This document shows, in pieces, positions 59,701-64,000 of a stretch of DNA of 64,000 bases. Under the pieces are notes generated by a model that did not search any database, was not told the origin of the DNA, and worked only from the letters and a program-made list of their open reading frames with translations. How positions within the stretch are numbered: position 1 is the stretch's first letter; each line of letters opens with the position of its first letter. Made by a program: the position numbers and the translations under genes. The stretch is from Lingula anatina (Eukaryota; Animalia; Brachiopoda), in assembly GCA_051362555.1 (NCBI GenBank), contig CM120648.1, forward strand, positions 3,406,587 to 3,470,586, given 5' to 3'.

Positions 59701-60300
59701 GAACTCATCTCTGACAAAATCGGCATCAAAGAGGATGAAATCGTCGGAATGAGGTCACCTTTTTTGGTGCTGGGCGGCAACAAGCAATTTTCATTACTTG
59801 AGAGGTTTAATTATACGTATGACGCGTCAATGGTACCGGCTTTTTCGTCGAATCAAGAAGAGCCGCTTTGGCCGTTCAAACTGACCGGTAAACCTCCCCG
59901 AAGGTATTTTTTTGAGCCTGGAACACCAACAGAAGCGTATCCCTCTGTGTGGGAGGTACCCATGAATCCATATTTTTACTGCCCTCATGCGCCAGATGGT
60001 GCAGTATCAATGTTGGATGGGTGCCATCCTGGCAGTTACAACGCCACCTATCTTTATTTAAAGTATAATTTCCTCCGTCATTATAACTCTCCAAGCAAGG
60101 CACCATTTGGTATCAATATGCACGCTGCCTGGTTTCACCCGGCCTGGCCGTACCACTTTCAAGCAATGGAGGATTTTATAGGAGAAATATGTCGCTTAAG
60201 AAATGTGTATATTGTAAGTGTGAGCAGGATTTTGAAATGGATGGAGGACCCCGTCCCTTTGTCAAGAATGTCAGAGTCTGAGGCAGTTAAGTGTGACTAA
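56449..60300 (+). CDS. Secreted chitin deacetylase (CE4 / NodB polysaccharide deacetylase), 4 exons, ~429 aa
   Basis: Exons 56449-56770, 58500-58556, 58906-59095, 59580-60300 with phases 1,1,2. Signal peptide, 8-Cys module, T/P linker, then CE4 motifs: PQFVYFSFDDAVN (motif 1), RFVNPNGCP, GHEIASHSILH (metal-binding His pair), GMRSPFL, WEVPM, PFGINMHAAWF (catalytic His). These match animal CDA-type deacetylases. Confidence 0.92.
57758..58018. mobile_element. MITE family 3 full-length copy in CDA intron 1
   Basis: ~90-bp imperfect TIRs GGCTCATTTCCAAT...AGATCGATCCAACTC / GAGTTGGATCGATCT...ATTGGGAATGAGCCC. Confidence 0.8.
58500..58556 (+). CDS. CDA exon 2: Thr/Pro linker (phase 1-1)
   Basis: tttcag|TGACT...GACCAA|gtaagt; TDDPNVTISTGPSTTPGP. 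Confidence 0.75.
58906..59095 (+). CDS. CDA exon 3: motif 1
   Basis: ttctag|GTGTGG...ACAAA|gtaagt; IPGNLSRDEIPQFVYFSFDDAVN. Confidence 0.92.
59580..60300 (+). CDS. CDA exon 4: catalytic core
   Basis: ctgtag|CTATGAA...TGTGACTAA. Confidence 0.95.
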
Positions 60301-61574
60301 ATATATTTCACTCTTTAACGCAAACCACGACCTTGGGATGAAAATTCGTATTGAACACAGCTGGTTTTGTTTAAAATAGTTTCCCACTCATTTTTTTTAA
60401 ATACAAAACAAAATAAAAAAAAATCTCTTTAAAGCATCCAGTACGTTTTTATGACCTCACCCATTAAACCGTTTTACGCAGAAAATGGCATGACAAATGA
60501 ATAAATAGATATTTAAGAAGAAAGTTAAAAGCAATCGGTTTTGTATCGGTGCACTTCAAAAAGAAAATAGAAAAAGGATCCTACCGGTAATCTTATCAAG
60601 AACAGCCTAATGCTACTGTTGCTTGTCTTTACTAACAATAAGATCAGCACACACAAATACATCAGTGGCAGAATTAGCGGGGCGGGAGGGAGGGGTCAGG
60701 AGGGTCCATGAGAAGGTACATGTAGAAAGTTTCCATTTGATCTGAATCTTACAAACGAAGCTTTTGCGGTTCCAGTGGTAACTCCGCTGTCTTGGGCACG
60801 TCTAGACATGTGTACTCGGGTTCAAATTCTTGAATGTTCAATGAAATTTTCGTTAAAAATAATTTCTAAAATTTGTATTTGTTTACTTTAAGCCATTAAA
60901 ATACCAGATAATCTGGTACTCATTGCATCACCATACGAAATGACACTTGAAATGGACTAAAATAATCTTTGACCCTATAGGTGTTTTAACATGGAGTGAT
61001 GCAACTGCTGAGTTGGAGACAATGTGATCTTGACAGTTAAGCTGACAAACAACCAGACACCAAACAGAAAAAAATTGCAACACATTTTTCCAAAATAATA
61101 AAAATGATAACAACTTTCGTAGAAATAACCCCAAAAGTGCTGATTTTCGAAAAAAAGTTTTACCAAACCTAACCGCTCAGCAAAATTAAAGGAAATAAAA
61201 CTACGATCTTGCAGCTGTAAGGTGAATACAAGGTGTCAGACGGACGCATCGACATATTGTCTGTATTATAGAGTAAAATAAAAACACGGTCTTAAGTATT
61301 ATGTTTTAATGTTGTACAAATATTGGAGGCGATGCCTTACAATTCCTCACACAAGTAGATCTTGATAAGGGGAATATTTTACTACAATATTCACGTTTTA
61401 CAGTAACTACATGCATACAGAGCTAATGATAATGATCTGACATATACTTTCAAAAGGGGTTTTACAATAACCACGTGTACTGTTCAGCAACTTGACTATC
61501 TAGATCTTAACCGTTGATGCAAAATCCAATCAAATGACCCGTTTTATCAAGTCATTGCTGCAATTCAGATCAGT

Positions 61575-62351
61575 TTAATGTCCGGATAAGAGCGGTTCAG
61601 GCACCTCAGCTTCGCTGTGCACACAACCGGCCCATTCCAACAGCCGCTCGCACCCCTCCCTATTCCAGCGAAACTGGCATCCTTCTAACCCCCATGGAAC
61701 AGGTCGAGATCTTATAGACAAACACAAGGCGTCCGTTCCACGTTTCCAGTCAGTGCGTTTCCCGCCAACGTGGATGTACCAGAAATTATTCCCGCCATTT
61801 TGGCACGTGGGGACATAGTCCGGAGGTGGTTTGGACTCGTCTATTGGGCAAGTGACTGGGTTGATAGTGAACTGCGTTTGAAGACAGTTGTACCCGGTGA
61901 AATACTCGTCGTTCTTGCAATCAGCGGCTGCCAGACGCATCGGGTAGGAAAAGGGAAAGGAGAAGGTTGACTCATAATAAACAATATTGTAATAAATGTA
62001 AAGTAAATCTTGATATAATGTGGCCTAATTAAGTCAATCGCATTACTTCAGTTTGCTCACAATATTCTTGCCTGCAACATTATTCCCAATAGAAGCAACG
62101 TTTGAAACCAACTGAAACTGTTTCAAGAAATGCCATTCGCTAACATAAGTAGCAACATGTTGTACACAATTTATGCAGAGGGCTGTTTTTTAAAAACGCC
62201 CGAATACTCCTATTTAGCTTACTGAATTATCAAAAAAGGTCTCACTCTCATTAAGGATCATTAAAATTCTATAGATATGTTTACCTCCAGCGCTTGCTCT
62301 CCCAATACACGCGGCTGTCAGAAACAACAGTAATGGCTTCAATTCCATCAT
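61575..62351 (-). CDS. Orphan secreted cysteine-rich protein, 2 exons (62351-62285, 61927-61575), 139 aa
   Basis: Exon 1 reads MMELKPLLLFLTAACIGRASAG+G|gtaaac (signal peptide, phase 1). A long polypyrimidine tract precedes ggcag|CCGCTGAT (phase 1). Exon 2 is GC-richer and encodes 8 Cys and 5 Trp, ending in TAA. Confidence 0.8.
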
Positions 62352-64000
62352 AACCTCAAATATCAAACTCAATAATCGATACCGTATTGGTTATTGATCA
62401 ACGGTGCTGTTGTCGAAACAAAGCGTCCCTAAAAGAAGCGACCCAACTTGTTGGTTCTGCTCGGTCTGGCCCTTGTTTTAGGGAGCATGCTATTACAAGC
62501 AGCAAGTGGCAAACACAGTGTATGCCAAATATAAACATTTCTACGCAATGTAAGGCGGAAATAAAGATTCGGTTTCACCTAAATCAACATTAAAGCAGGA
62601 TGCAATATATGAAATTTATTCAAAGCACATTTAAAACACACTGACAGCCAATTGGTTTTACCGGTATATACCAGTTACGCGTATGATGGCCAGGAATTTT
62701 CGATGTTATTTTCATGGTTTATTTACCACTACCCTTCATCTATGCACGGCTGAATGAAGACTGTAATTTCAAATCCGAGATGTTAATCCAAAGGAAAATT
62801 TGCTATAGATGCTAAGTCCAGTTTAAAACCCTGTAATCCTTCCTGACGTACCCCGCCTCTACAGATCTAAAAATGATTAATAAAATTATACACTTTGACA
62901 GGAAAGAAAAAGCAAAATATTAGGAAAAGGTTTATTTCGATGACATAGATTTACTTAATTCTGCGCAAATTTAATAGAAGGAATGAGCAGAAAAATAAAA
63001 CATTTAATGAAAGTCGCCGTTTATCTGAAATAGATTTGGCAACGCATCTTAAATTTCCCTTTAAATGAACAACGTGGACTTGACACCATAGCTTAAGTAC
63101 ATTTTTGACTCCCAATGAGCTCTATAGCTCATTGGTCGCCAGACACGCCAAGCAGAGAAAATGACGCATAACAAATACTGTTGCCTTGAGAGAAAGAAAA
63201 TGCGTTGTGTGCCCATTGCATGTACTGGTATACAGAAGGCAAGCTACACGAATAGTAAAAGCCGATTTTAAATAAAACTGCTAGGTAATATTTTCATGCA
63301 ATCAAATAGCATGCTGAATGTGTAGTTGAAGTACCCTGTACAATTTACTTATGAAGTTCGACTACATTACAGAAACCAATAGGGGAAGTTCCGGACAATT
63401 TCCTTCATGTCATGTTTCTACAATATACAGCATAGGGTTTTTTGGGGGGAAGGAGATGAGCGCTTTGGTCAAACAAAAAGATAGTAAACATTGATTTTGC
63501 ACATAATTAAGATAATAATAATAATAATTGTAATGTCTACGGTTAACACTTCTATCGTATGAGTAGGTAAAAGAGTTATAATCTGCCATGCGCATAAGTA
63601 GCCGAGTATAGAGTGACACGTAGATTTATACTGTAAATTGATCAATTTCTTTATTCTCACAGTAGAAGTACATCTGCACATACGTTATACATCTGATGAG
63701 TGACAAATGACTGAAGAATGACTCAGAAATGAAATAGCGCGGGAAATTTATTTTCCCGCTAACGTGGTCCACGTGACAGAATAAGCGGTGATGTGATAAT
63801 GTGACATCTTGTCAACCGGTTGCATACCAATCCACCAAGGTTGGTCTATTGTGCTAAGTACATGTAGACTACTGGCATTAAAGTCCTCGCCTCGTAACTA
63901 GGCTGACAATGAAGATTTGTCATGACGGCCATGTTAATATTTTAAGTTTAAAATTAGTCTAACTAACATCCACATACCCCCCCCCCATAAGCTCAACTAA

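Noticed and set aside
60352-60365. TGAACACAGCTGGT, resembling the 5' part of miR-317
   Set aside because: The 3' end diverges and there is no convincing precursor hairpin; it sits in the CDA 3' UTR.
60766-60832. Possible tRNA or SINE head with B-box GGTTCAAATTC
   Set aside because: No cloverleaf and only a weak A-box; at most a decayed SINE.

Overview
AT-rich, intron-rich animal genomic DNA, most consistent with a lophotrochozoan or other marine invertebrate (inferred from gene and repeat content, not established). I rebuilt five spliced genes by hand from GT-AG boundaries with consistent intron phases. (1) The 3' 13 exons of an ACAP/centaurin-beta ArfGAP (PH-ArfGAP-ankyrin, + strand, 16165-24469), preceded by a >16 kb intron. 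(2) A 4-exon, ~406 aa CRT-like (chloroquine-resistance-transporter-like) membrane protein (34303-36822). (3) A 4-exon, ~1238 aa somatomedin-B-containing Methuselah/class-B-like GPCR with a signal peptide, a long prodomain and a furin-like site (39622-50257). (4) A 4-exon, ~429 aa secreted CE4 chitin deacetylase with an atypical 8-Cys N-terminal module (56449-60300). (5) A convergent 2-exon, 139 aa orphan secreted protein with 8 Cys and a KR-TDW-KR motif (- strand, 62351-61575); its signal-peptide exon is missing from the ORF track. The non-coding DNA holds many non-autonomous transposons whose superfamily can be inferred from termini and target-site duplications (TSDs): several PIF/Harbinger MITE families (one nested), two hAT-like families with 5-bp TSDs, a MULE with a 9-bp TSD, and an Academ-like element. 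There are also L2-group and RTE LINE fragments, two template-switch-like inversion scars, and a visible shift from CpG-poor to CpG-rich DNA near 29.4 kb. The best candidate for an undescribed system is the GPCR / chitin deacetylase / orphan secreted protein trio, but any functional link between them is inference only. No CRISPR, rRNA or intact tRNA was seen.
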